Assembly (NCBI GenBank): GCA_010909165.1
Contig: MU008198.1
Span: 248,001 to 312,000, forward strand
Length of the DNA: 64,000 nucleotides
Direction: 5' to 3'
Source of the DNA: Anthoceros angustus
Lineage: Eukaryota; Plantae; Anthocerotophyta
Made by a program: the position numbers and the translations under genes. Shown here piece after piece: positions 50,109 to 62,600 of the stretch. Every line of letters begins with the position of its first letter. Position 1 is the stretch's first letter. Under the pieces are notes generated by a model. That model saw nothing but the letters and a program-made list of their open reading frames with translations. It was not told the DNA's origin and ran no database searches.

Positions 50109-51419
50109 TCTAGGCCCATCCACCAGGCGGTCCATCACCCTCGGGGGCTTCGCGGAACAGGGTGTTGGATGCCTTCCTTTTTGGTTTCTAGTAGAGCCAG
50201 CCTTTTCACTAGGTCTGTACTATTGTTTTACATGCCAGATGGCATGCTTGGGTCATTTATTATGTATCATGCAATATATGTAGGTTGAAATGATACAACC
50301 GACCCACTCTTCAAAATCAACCGACCCACAAGCTATGCAACACACTTGGCAGTGTTTGCCTAAATTCGGAGTGTTCGGCTCCACAAATCAAGGTCTGGCT
50401 ATGCTTTTTTCTTCTGCAATTGTACATTGAACTTATTGTGGTAACTTCAAAAATGAACTAATTCCAGGTATGCTTTTTTTGCTGCTTGTTGAGGTAAATT
50501 TAAAAATAAATTGGTTCCAGTGATGCTTTGCTTTTTCTTGCGCAACTGCACACTGAACTTTTGGTAGAGAAGAACTATAATAACAAACAAGATCCAACAA
50601 AAGTCCATTAACTGTAAGCAGAAGAAAAAGAAGAAGAATAACGAAGAAGAATTTTAGTCTACTTGGATAGACATTCCATCATGGGACTTGGTACAAGCGA
50701 CTTGCACTAAGGGCATCCATTCCCTTTAGGGACCCGATCTAAGTCCATGATGCTTAAAAGTGGCCTTCTTATACATATGTGTTCATTTGGACACACAATC
50801 ATCTTAGGCGGACAGGCGGCACAGATCATCTTAGGCAGAACCTCCAGTCACACACAAAACTTGAAAGTCTAGCAGCACCCAAGAGAAAGTTCTAGGAAGA
50901 ACGAGATGCAGGTGGACGAATTACTTATCTACTCCAGCTTTTCTTATTAAGAGACAATGGAATCGAGACCCTTGGAGAAGTTGGCTTCAGTCGACAGCAG
51001 CGAACCTTGTCGTGTTCCAGCTGCTTTGCTACATGATCGACGCCAACGAAAGACGTTTATCATATCATACACCGAGATTATATTTCGGATATCCGTCTAC
51101 CGCTTCATGTGCGCCAGCTTATGCTAGGTTTGCATGTAGTCCGACCTGGGCAAAAACCTGCCCCGTGCCGCAAAAGGTCAAAAAAAGTTTGTCATTTTCC
51201 GGTGATCTAACAATCGGGTTGGGCATTTTGGCTGAGTTTATTTTTGGGTACCCCTCAACTTTGCCAAGTCGGGCAAAGCCCAAAACTGGCGGAACGTCAG
51301 AAGGGTCCTTTTACATTCCGTTTCTTAATACTGTTGTAAATGATGCGTCGGGCCAATGAAACCATATAATTCACCCGTTACTTTTGACTTACATGTTTTT
51401 TTTATTAGGATGTGCAAAA

Positions 51420-51815
51420 TTGTCCACAGAACAACTCCCAACGCTCGAGAACCAAGGTCAGTTGTAGGTTAAGTGTTGAGTTGGTTGTAGATGAAGTGTT
51501 GAGATGGTCTTGAGTCGAGACACAAACTCTGACTCATGCTTCTTTGATGGAATGTTTCGTACTCTTTCAATTGCTAAGATAATGAAGAGATATTCTTCTA
51601 CCTCCTTCACTTGATTGCCTTGTGACTCTTCTTCTTAGTCAAGACTAGAGCACATCACTCACATCCATTGTAAGGACTACTACCAAGACCTTTACAATTG
51701 CACACAAACAATTACAAGCACAAAGCTAAGAGCTATGCAAGGACTAGGCTCAAGTGTTCAACCTTTAGTGGCATGAAGACTTTACAAGTATCTTGAATAT
51801 GGCTCTGATATCATG
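51420..51815 (-). mobile_element. Degenerate LTR-element remnant with iMet-type PBS
   Basis: GGCTCTGATATCA at 51801-51813 (one mismatch to the reverse-complement PBS) followed by TG; no coding domains recognised. Confidence 0.35.
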
Positions 51816-52620
51816 AATACGATAATTCTGGAAGCAGGTTAATATACGAACCTCTTCTTTTGGTTTTGGACCCCCTTCACGAAATCGACACAGTCCTTAA
51901 AACAGGGTTTTAGCGCATTCTTCAAAATGATATTACCTTGTTGTTCCCTCTACAAACAGAAAGTCTGCATTTTTTCCATTGACATGATAGAGAGCCAATC
52001 TAGAAACCCGACCGCCCAGCGCACTCCGTGATGTGTTCATGGACACTATTCAATAAATTCAGATCAAAACTAAACATGGTTCTACATTGGAAAGAAACAA
52101 AATCGAAGGTTGTGTGTGGACGCTGACAAACCAGCGTCTACATCAAATGGGACAAGAATGGTAAACTTTAAAACGAGCACATGTAGGTGGCTACACCTAG
52201 AATGATTCCTCATGGGGACCAATTAATCTGTAACTCATATAGGCCTTGAGCTAACACTGAATGTTTGACCACGTCTAAGTTCCGCATGTGCTTCACTTAT
52301 GGGTCGTCAAAACTGCCGTTCTCACCCATGGCCTTGGCGTCTTCGTTTTCCTTAACTCTTGCCTCCTCAACCACTTACGTACGCACCCGGCAGATGTGGT
52401 CGTAGCTCATATATGCATCATTCCTTTGCCGTTTTGGTTTAGGACGATGTTCACGCCTGCCCGGGTTTCGGGTTTCACGGGTTTGAATCATTGCCTTTGT
52501 CAAACAAGTAACTTATTCCCTCAACCGTCAGAATGCATGTTTTAAATTGAATGAGCAAACATACGACACATTTCACATGTTGGATCATAATGTACAGCCT
52601 TGGTCGATAGCAAAGATGGT

Positions 52621-54203
52621 AACAGCGTCTGTTTAGAAAGGGGTTTCTCCTGTCAAAAGGGGTTTTGGAAAAAATCCCAACCTTATTTCGACGGAAACTC
52701 AAGTTGGTTTGGTTTTGTTGGTTTTGTAGGTGTTCATCCATCGGTGCATTCTCCCGCACCACTTCTACCGAGTCATTTACCGCATTGCTTTTGTACTCGT
52801 TCATGGCGATTTAGTCGATGTGATGAAGGGCTAGTGACCTCATTGTTCCATAATTTCGCCATGTCCGTAGTTTCGTGATTTTGTGTGGTTTTGTATGTTT
52901 TTGTATACCGGGGGCCTAGGCGCGCATAAGTGCGCTCTAAACAACGCTTATGCAAACTTGTGCACGACTGCAAAAAGAACGCGAAAAATAATCTTCTAAT
53001 GGGGAAACATGTCCTTTGAGGTCCGAGGATGCCGAACTCCCAACAAAATAACAAGTAGTAGACATCGCGGAGGTTCACCTAGACCGCCTCTCATATCTAT
53101 CCTATGCCCTAATGCGAATAAGAACACCCTATCCCCTTTTATCCTTTACTGTTTCCGTCTCTTTGTGACCTAGTACCGTTATCATCAAACATGCTAGGGG
53201 CCCATGGTGAACAAGTGCATGTACCGAGCAGGGGCCAAGTGCGCGCTGGTCACGGCGCACCGAGCAAGGGGCCCGTGCAGCACTTGCAGCACGCGCAGAG
53301 AAGGAGGCCAGTGCACGCACAAGTGCGCACCCAAGGTCAAGAAGGGCCTGAGCATGAACCCATATGGTTCATGCCTCCTGCATTCCTGCATTCATCCAAA
53401 GAAAAAGAGCAAAAGTCTAAAAAACCCTTAAAACCCTAAAAAATCACAAAAAAGTCCAGTTTTTTGAGGCAAGTGCGCGCACTTGCCCTAAAATTTTTTT
53501 GAATTATTTTGTATTTGTTTTGATATTTTTGTTGTTTTAAAGGGTTCCTTTCGACGTTTTCAACCTTTTTTGTGCACCTCTCTAATGTGGATATGTTCTT
53601 ATCTTTACTTAACCCTCATCTTTTTCCTAGTGGTTAAAACTTTGAACTAGTAGTGAGAACCTTTGCATCTTTTGAATCTTGAGACGCTTGGCGTGGGCTC
53701 AAGTGCGAGACCATGCCACTCTCATTCTCTTGCATGTGGATCAAGAATATCAGTCAACGAAGATATTATTGTCCCAATGTCTAAGAAACAAAGTCTGTAA
53801 AATTCTCGGGCGAGTATAGTCTTAGGATTGGTGGTATGAATGAAAGGTTGGTGCGCAAACAAGTTTGCGCACAGTCTAACAAGCCTAAAAACTCTAAAGC
53901 GTTTGTATCGTCCAACACACGCAATGATTGCGGATGTTGGAGACTGTTAGATGTAAGTGCGCGCATAAGTTCTTGTATCATGTCATTTGAAAGAAAAAGC
54001 CGAGCGAGAATGGGACTTTAGGTTTTGCCACGCTTGCAATCTACAATCTCAAATAACGTGTATCAAAACAATTATTCAAAGGTTGCGGGTGACATGTCTG
54101 TGAGAAATACCAAAAGGCGATTATAGTGCGGATTTTTCAAGTGCAAAAGGGTCCGTACATCCGGTTGCAAAAATTTCGGGAGAAACCCTTTCTTGACGTT
54201 GTT
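52621..54203. mobile_element. Non-autonomous inverted-repeat element related to the ParB/MTase-carrying element
   Basis: Left end AACAGCGTCTGTTTAGAAAGGGGTTTCTCCTG, right end GGGAGAAACCCTTTCTTGACGTTGTT; right 270 bp homologous to 31021-31302; many AAGTGCGC motifs; true termini and TSD not resolved. Confidence 0.65.
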
Positions 54204-54922
54204 TGGTGACCAGTATTGAAACACGTGCCCAAGAGGTATGACCTCTACAGTACAATGGTCGCAGCCTTGAATGAGCTCGACAAAAGGGAGGAAACTTGAG
54301 CGAGCCGTGGCTCTCTTCACCGTTTTGATCCCTCTATAATTTTCGACCATTAATATAACATCATGAGTAATTTCAAACTCGCGATCAACTAACCATTGAG
54401 ATTAGAAGATCTTTGCTATGATTTTGGGTTCAAAACTACAAAGTTTTTACTATGCTGGCCAAAGTAAGGATGTTTGAGTCGAACCATGGACCATGCTCAT
54501 TTAGCTCTTTTATCAAACAACATCACCTACTATCATAAATAAACCCAAATGGGACGCGACCATGGTTTACAAAGAACAATGGGTAGGGCGTGCATGGGGA
54601 GGGCGTGCATGGGGATGATGTCGGCCAGCCGGCGCCCATGGGTAGGGCGTACATGGTGAGGGCGCTCGCTGGCCAGTGCTGTCCTTATGGACTCGTAATC
54701 TAAAACTCTTCTTAGTTCATACCACAGTTGCACCCATTTTCCAAAAATCTATAAACCTATTTTCATTCATCCATTCGTACTGTACCATGTGCAGCTTAGT
54801 TCTCGAAGAATATATGGACATGTTCAGGTACCCACCAAAAGGTGGTGCATAGTGTTTCTATGAGACTTCCGTGTAAATAGACGGCGACGTTGCTCGCGAA
54901 TAAGGAGTCGGTCTACTAGGCA

Positions 54923-55196
54923 GGTCCGAGGGCGTTGGCTGGCCAGCGCCTTGTGACTCAAACTGTAATGAACGAGGGTCTCCTCAAAAGTCGAGAACCC
55001 TCAGAACCCAGTGGCCATGATTGTTCTCAAAGTTCTTGTGCGAAACCCGAAAGTGGAGGGGTCCGAGGGCGTTGGCTGGCCAGCGCCTTGTGACTCAAAC
55101 TGTCATGAACGAGGGTCTCCTCAAAAGTCGAGAACCCTCAAAACCCAGCGGCCATGATTGTTCTCAAAGTTCTTGTGCGAAACCCGAAAGTGGAGG
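54923..55196. repeat. Two tandem copies of a 137-bp unit
   Basis: GGTCCGAGGGCGTTGGCTGGCCAGCGCC...CCCGAAAGTGGAGG repeated with few substitutions. Confidence 0.9.
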
Positions 55197-55344
55197 TTAG
55201 TATTACTATGCTTAGCCATAGGTTTGCCGTGGAATGCTCATAAATTTGTAACTTTACCGGTACTAATGGTCCTTATACATGAGTGTTGATTGGGCCCAAA
55301 CTGAAGGACATTCTATGGTCCATACCCTTCGTCGGCATGCCATT

Positions 55345-55650
55345 TGAACCTAGTAATACTAATGCATGATAAACAATTCACACATGCTATCAGGCACGAA
55401 AAAAATAGAAAATACAGGCTCTAGAGTTTGCTAGTACCATGAAGGTTAGAGTTCAGCTTCCAGCCTAGGAACAAAAAGGGAGCCATCCAATAAAGGGAGC
55501 CATCCAATACCTTGTTCCGCAAGCCCCTCACATTGCTGGGTGGATAGGCCTACTACTCTAGACTACCTTATGTAAGGCCGTTTCAAAATGGAGTAAGTTT
55601 CATTGAAAAATGGCAAGGAATCAAGGTCATACAGGAAGTTAGCGCAAAGG
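55345..55650 (-). pseudogene. Inverted diverged remnant of the 3' end and 3' UTR of the O-fucosyltransferase gene
   Basis: TTGAAAAATGGCAAGGAATCAAGGTCATACAGGAAGTT is the near reverse complement of 50028-50065; similarity continues to ~50290. Confidence 0.8.
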
Positions 55651-57343
55651 GGTTGGTCCCTTTTAAAATTATTTAGTACAACACATAAAAATAAGTTATG
55701 AGTGCCTTCAAAATAATTAATTTATGTATATCTTCTAGAAAGGCATATACAATATCTTTTAGAAAGAATCTTCTGGAAAGTACAAACAGAAAAGGACAAG
55801 GAAGAAGAAGAAGAATTTTATTTAAGTCCACTAAGGACGGATTTCCGTCATGGGACTCGGTACTTAACAACTTGTACCATGGCCTGCCTAAGCTACTTGC
55901 ACCAAGGGCATCCACTCCCATTAGGCACCCCATCTAAGTACCGATCTAAGCTCAGGATGCTTAATCACGACGTTCTTATAAATGTGTGTCCATTTGGCCT
56001 AAGCCATTTGGACACACATTTATAAGACAAGGAATGAGGGCTATTTAAGCCTAGCCTACCTATGTGTTGTGGGTGGTGTGCTAGATTACTAGTGTGCTTG
56101 CGTACATGTGAGGGAGTTTTGTGCTAGTATGCGTGTGGTCCCATATTGTATGGGAGCTTTGTGTTTCTCTCAATAAATGTAAAACCCTTTTTCTAACATG
56201 AACACCATAATTTTGAAAGGAAGTTAATATGCGCCCTCGGATATTGTGCCTTTTATATGTTTAAGGGAGTTTGAAGACCCATGGAATTTCCTATGGGTCT
56301 TTTGGGTCCAAAAAAGGCCTCAGAAAAAAAGTGGACGTTTGCCCTGAACAAAGCCCTTCATCAGATTTTCTCTAGGTAATCGAACCACAAGCTATGGAGC
56401 CATGGCTTATGTACCACACGTCGCAGACTAAATGGCAAGTATTCCGCTCCACAAATCAAGGTAACCTTCAAAATTCATGGGTTCTATCTACGTAATCTTG
56501 CTACACTTATGGTGCCAAAGAACGACGCTACTCTTTTATTTCCCGAATGCCTCCTTTGTTCCCTTGAGCGCTTCCATAGCCAACCAGCTCAGCCTATAGG
56601 TGAGCTCACTACCTCAATACGTGAATTTTTGGACTGGACCAGCCAACCAGCTCACTACCTCAATACGTGAATTTTTGGACTGGACCAGCCAACCAGCTCA
56701 GCCTGTAAGTGAGCTCACCACTTCAACATGTGAATTCCTTTATGTCCAAGTCTATGCTTGGTGAATGATTGGGTATGTGAGTTTAAGGGTTTATGTACTT
56801 CCCTCAGCATTACGTCCATGTCGCTCTTTGGTGAATGATTGGGTCGGTGATTTTAACGGTTTATGTACTTCCATTTGCTGCAGCCAATATAATTAATCAA
56901 GACTAGTACAACATAGTTACCAAGATTCTGCCTAGATACGGATAGATTTTACCTTGCAAAGGCTATTACTCAGCAGCTTTTCCATGCCCTCATCGTTTCC
57001 ATGGGAGGAAAGTGCATCCATTTTGTTGGACAATTTGTTTCTGGCCATGCGGGTTTACTTTCATCACAGGACCGGTTGCCCTGATATTCTGTTGTGCCAT
57101 CGTTACAGGTGGTGGGACAAAAATCACGACGTGGCCGGGGATATGAACCATACCGGACATGCCCAAATTCCGACGTCGGTGGTTCTGCAAACTAAGAAAC
57201 ACTGGCGCAGCTTGAACTGACCTTGCTAAAAACAAATGCCTATGCCGCCCACAACCGTGTAACAAAGAATCAAATAGTGCGCTTTCCTACTCCTAATAAG
57301 CAAACTAAAGGCTACTCTATTTCTGTCGCAAAACCGCCTAGAA

Positions 57344-59611
57344 TCAAATGTCATCCAACTCATCCCCGTAGCTCTTGGTCGTAGCAGGTTTTAAAGCACC
57401 TTCCTCTAAGAGACCTCCAGTATTTTCCGACAAAGCGACATATTTCACATTCTGCAGTGCATCCCTGTCGGTGTCGCACCTGGCCTTGCAGACGCAAAAG
57501 AACACTGTGTGTACCAGTACGGAGATGAAGATGACGAAAGTCATCACTAAACTCACCACTAGCACATACAGGAAAGACCACCCAAATCCTGAATTCCCTG
57601 TGATAGCCCTTGCGAGGATGTTGGTCAAGTAGTTGATGAGGAGTCCACCATAGAAGAGGGAGAGATTTATCCCCAGCGCTAACCAAACCCGTTTTGCTGT
57701 AGTGAGAAGAGTGAAGCTCCGGATGAGGGCTTTCACTCCCCATGTCGCTGGTCTCTCCAAGATCACCAGGGGAAAAGCAAGACTCCATATTGTTGTCACA
57801 TAAATTATCCCGACAGCATAGAGAAACAACATAAAGATCTGCAACTCGATGGAAGCTGCAAGGCCACGGAGACAGTTCAGTATGAGCATCTAGGCCGTTA
57901 GAAAACGTAGACCCAGAGAATCCCCAGCCTCGGTACTTACATGCTCGAAAGACCTGCAAAATGGCTGCCAGAGAGCCGAAAACACAGTCATGGTGATAGC
58001 GCCTGTGCCAAATACACGGAGTGCAGTTTCTGGCATGGACCTGGAGGAAACAACAGGCAGGAATGCATTAGGCCACACATCCATGGCTCAGACTTCCTCT
58101 AGTTTGTGCAAAATGCTTCAAGGAAGGAAAAGGGTGCTTAAAGTTTCTACAGCTTACCTAAGAATGTCTCCAAAGAAGAAGTCAATGGGTTGCCAGATAT
58201 GCCCAACCCCAAACTTCGTTCCGTAGATGCCAGCCACGGCTTCGGTCAGTGATACCACCGACACAAGGGTCAGGGCGATGAGCAGTGAGAAGGCGCATAC
58301 ATACAGGAACACGATCAATGCAAAGTGACTACTGCCAGAGTTGCCGGAAGGCATGGACTCCTGATTGTCCTCGGTGGTTGGTGTATTATCTGGATTTGCA
58401 TTTACATCTTCCCCCGGATTGTAGTCAGATGCATCCGGTTGTTGGTCCCCCGCTCCCCCTGCCTCTCCGGAGCCAGTTCCATTACCATCAGCTGGTGGAG
58501 CACCATTCTCAAATGGATCCGCCTGAGGATCCTCAACGTTGCTGTCGTCGTAGTCATCAGGTGGAGGGGCTCCCGAATCTCCCGTTAGGGGGTTAGGACC
58601 TTCTGCAGGGGGACCCTGGCTAGACTCCTCCACATCCGGTGGCGGAGGAATCAGGCTCGAATCCTCTGGAGGAGGGACCTGATTCGTGTCCTCCACATCC
58701 ACTGAGGGACTGAACTGATTCGGGTCTTCCACTGGTGGAGGGAACTCATTCGGGTCTTCCACTGGTGGAGGGAACTGATTTGAGTCTTCCACTGGTGGAG
58801 GAAACTGATTCGGGTCTTCCACTGGTGGAGGGAACTGATTTGGGTCTTCCACTGGTGGAGGGAACTGATTCGGGTCTTCCACTGGTGGAGGAAACTGATT
58901 TGGGTCTTCCACTGGTGGAGGGAACTGAAACGGGTCTTCCACTGGTGGAGGGAACTGATTCGGGTCTTCCACTGGTGGAGAGGACTGATTCGGGTCTTCT
59001 GCATCTGGTGATGGTGGAGGGATCTGATTCGGGTCCCCCACATCTGGTTGAGGGGGCACCTCATTCGGGTCCTGTCCATCTGCCGGTTGGTCGAACTGAT
59101 TGGGATCTTCCTGCGGAGGAGACTGGATCGGATCCTCCACATTCGGTGGTGGAGGTTGAGCGAACTGATTCGGGTCCTGCACATCTCCACTCCCATCTGA
59201 AGAATAGTCTCCACTGGAGTCGTAATCCGACAGACCTCTGCCCACCACAAGGTGCCCTACTTCTGCATCTTCCTTCTCCTCAATCTCCCCAAAAAGCGGC
59301 CTGAGGAAATACTTGGGCCACGAAGAAAACGGGCCTCCGAAATAATAGAAAGCGATCTCGGACGCTGACTCTGCCACCGGCACCTTGGATGAATTCCTTC
59401 CAGCATGTAAGCTGCTCCAGTACGCATCCTCCGCAGCCAGAGTCCCTTTCAAAGCCTGATTCACTGCAGTGGAGACGAACACCAGAGGGAGGATGAAGAC
59501 CAGAGTAAGCAGCAGGAGTTTCTTGGGGTGCGCCCGAATAAGCCCCAAGGACTCCTGGTAGACTCCCACGAACCCCAGGTGCGCATCGATGGGCCGCATC
59601 TGCCCCGCCAT
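57344..59611 (-). CDS. Multi-pass membrane protein of a plant family of unknown function, 3 exons, with a large acidic Pro-rich insert
   Basis: Exon 1 59611-58158 (AG|GTAAG); intron to TTTCCTCCAG at 58041; exon 2 58040-57941 (in frame, |GTAAGT); exon 3 from 57889 (or the next in-frame CAG near 57839) to stop 57344. Motifs GFVGVYQESLGLI...LLLTLVFILPL and YVTTIWSLAFPLVILE...GVKALIRSFTLL. Confidence 0.8.
58712..58980 (-). repeat. Coding minisatellite, nine 30-bp units encoding PPPVEDPNQF
   Basis: GAACTGATT(C/T)GGGTCTTCCACTGGTGGAG repeated head to tail. Confidence 0.95.
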
Positions 59612-62600
59612 GCTTGATCTCCGTGTGAGCTACCGGTCTCTCCCACCCAATCACCCTGCGAGCATCCTCGACGCCACAGATCCGCGCCCTTCAGCGCATT
59701 GCGTCTACAACTCCCCGAGGTTGGCAATGCGGCTCCACATCATCAACCCGGAAGGCTCCAGCACCCACAACGTCATCTGCAGCCCACAAAAACACGGAAA
59801 CCAAAAACCTCGCCCGCTCAGGGCACCAGACAGGGCCTTCGCGCCAACACCAGACCTACTAGCAAGGTTGGCTGGCGAGCAATGGCCAGAAACCGGACTT
59901 CGGAGCTGGCAAAAAAACCCACCTCGAACGAATCCGAGGGAGCAGCAGCTCGATCCAGTCTTCTACTCCACCGGCCCACGCGTCGACCCTGGAGCGTGGT
60001 GGAGAAACCTCGAGGAGCTACAGTTGGGGATTTTGAGGAGCGAGAGGCAGACGGGGTGATAGGCGTCGGCGAGGACGCCAGAAGGGAAAAGAAAGAGTGA
60101 ATGGGACGCCGGAGGAAAGGGGGGCGGGGGGGGGGCCTTGCTCATAAGGAGCCTTGCCTTCGACGAGGTGGTGTCTACGCCCACGAGGGAATGCAGCAGC
60201 AAAGAACTGCTGCAGGCAAGGCGGAGAAGCCGGGCTGGGGGATGCCACCACTCCGGAGTCGGCGGCAACTGGGTTGCTGCTGCCATTGATAAAATGTTTC
60301 ACCCTTTCTTTAACACAGCTCTCGTGAGACATGCTTATTGCATACCAAATCTCCGCGGAACGTGATCGCTTGCTTATTTACAGTCCCTGTTTCTTCTGCC
60401 AATCGTACGGGCAGGACGTTCCTTCGACAAACAGTGGCGGCCTTGGCCCCAAGAGCCCCGAGAACGTCCCACGTGGGCTCTCACGTTCTGCCTTAATTTT
60501 CGGCTTGTCATGGCATGGACTGACAAAGAGGCTTATAATAAAGCTATAGGCTGTGATGGATGATGTTATGGTTGTAAGGTATCTGTATGTACATGTGATC
60601 GATGTATGGTATACGCTGTATAGATGGATGTATGATATGTGGCATGTGGTTGGGCGGATTTGTCCATAGATATTAGTCTTAGAATATTAAGATTAATATA
60701 AAAGAGAAAAAGGATATTTATAGAATAGATATCTAGAAGAATATAAATATTATCTAGTAGGCTGATATCGAGATGAAGGAAATGCTATAGCGAGATAAAG
60801 AGCAGCCAGAGGCTATATATGTGGGGCTTGGTGGCAATTAGAAATTGGATTTGCATATGTCGTTGTTGTCTAATAGATTATCTTGCTGATAATAAAGACA
60901 GACATACTTGTCCCAGATATTGTCCTCTTTCCTTCCCTCTTGTTGGTTGTTACTAACATCCCGGGTGGTTGGGATCGCTTTTCATACATTTGCAAATCTT
61001 GTAAGTTGCTTGGATCATACTCGGTATTTGGTTGAAGATCGTTGCAATTGGAGTCCGGAGGGAAGAAGCTGGAGTAGCTGCCCACAAGTTCAGGCAGAAG
61101 AGCTGTCAGGCGAGAGTTTGCATCTTGTCAAAGGATGACAGCATTGGTTGTGTAAGTAGTCAATGGGCGATAGAGCTCCTATTGATTATTCGTAGTTGTT
61201 TTGTAGCACTAGATCCATTGCTAAGAGGGTTAGTCTAGCACAGTTAGAACTAGCTGAATTTTGGGAGACGTCTGGATAGAGGCTATTGAGCTGTCTGCTC
61301 ATTCGTCCAGCTTGACACAGGGGATTGGGTCCACCAATCCACTCAAAGCCACCGCCTTCCCCGCAAGGGCCACGTGGAACTCCTCTCCGCTTCCGCGTGA
61401 CATCGATACTCATGGACGAATGAGCAGACACAAATGTCATTCAAGATAGGGTATTGCCAAAGATGCCACCTACTTTCGCCCCATCCGTATACCGTATTTA
61501 TCGTGAAAATATATTGACGTGACGTATGTATGAGATTGTATGTCGTAGGATTGCATGTATTGTTCTCGCATATTTGGCATACACCATCTAGAATAAAAAG
61601 CATTAATTCCGAGCATTTGTAAATCGTTGTATCATGTTTTATGGCAAAGATCGAAGGCCAATGCACCATAAGCCATATGCATATGGCTATCTAATCGCAT
61701 TTCGCGAGCGGGTATTTGACGGCTTTGTCGCCCGGATGCGCTTATGCCTTTTGGCTTTTTTCCGCTCGCGACCTTCATACTGCGTTTGCGCTTTCGCCGC
61801 CGTCTTTCGTGTGCATGATCCCGCTTATAAGAAGGGTTCTCCTCGCATATAGACACCAAACACCCATGCGATGATACCGAGACAAGAAAGTGACCAATAC
61901 TGAACACCAATCTTACACAAGAAACCGATGACCCGCTTGCTTTTCCCTCGACGCCTTCCTTTCTGTGGAACCGCCCGGCCCTTTACTCGAGACTTCCATA
62001 TGTGGGCCACCCCTTTCTCGGCGAATTTTCCCTTGCGGTTTTGGGTCACATCGACCCTGCCTTCTTCGAATTGTGCACTTTCGGCCAGTCCGAATCACTC
62101 CCATCATCAACCGACCTACCTCCATCTCCTGCTGCCTCCTCATGACCTCCTCTTCTCCTCCTTTCCTGATTCTCATCCTCCTCGCCCTCTTCCCCATTGT
62201 CCTCTTCCTCATCCTCTTCTTCCCTTCTTCCCTTCTTGCCCATCTTCCCCAAGATCCCCATTATCGCCATCGACATTGTCGCCCCTGAGCGCATCGTCCA
62301 CTTGACATTTGGTCCTCAAACACACCATTACCTACTTGATCCTCCTCCCGCTATCATCGTCATCTTCGTCCGCCACATGTTCCCCCGGTCCCGATCCTCA
62401 GATATCCCTTCAAGCTTTCAGGGTCATATTTCCGCCTCCTTCCCTCCTTCTTAGCTTTGCACGCAACGAGAAATCCTTCCACCGACCTCCACCTCCCCGC
62501 ATGCCCCTACGCTTCTATATGTTTTTCATAGGACCTGAGAGCCCCAAATTCAAGCTCCTCGCCTGATCCCTCCCATGCTTCTGGGCTGGAACTTGTAGAT

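Noticed and set aside
49017-50138. Long antisense ORFs (373 aa and 266 aa) opposite the O-fucosyltransferase, and similar ones opposite MCU
   Set aside because: Shadow ORFs expected opposite GC-rich coding sequence; no motifs recognised.
58712-58980. 30-bp repeat array as a CRISPR array
   Set aside because: Head-to-tail units without unique spacers, in frame within a CDS, and no cas genes.
60550-61240. Possible solo LTR (TG start, TATA-like core, CA end)
   Set aside because: No matching TSD, PBS or second copy found in the window.
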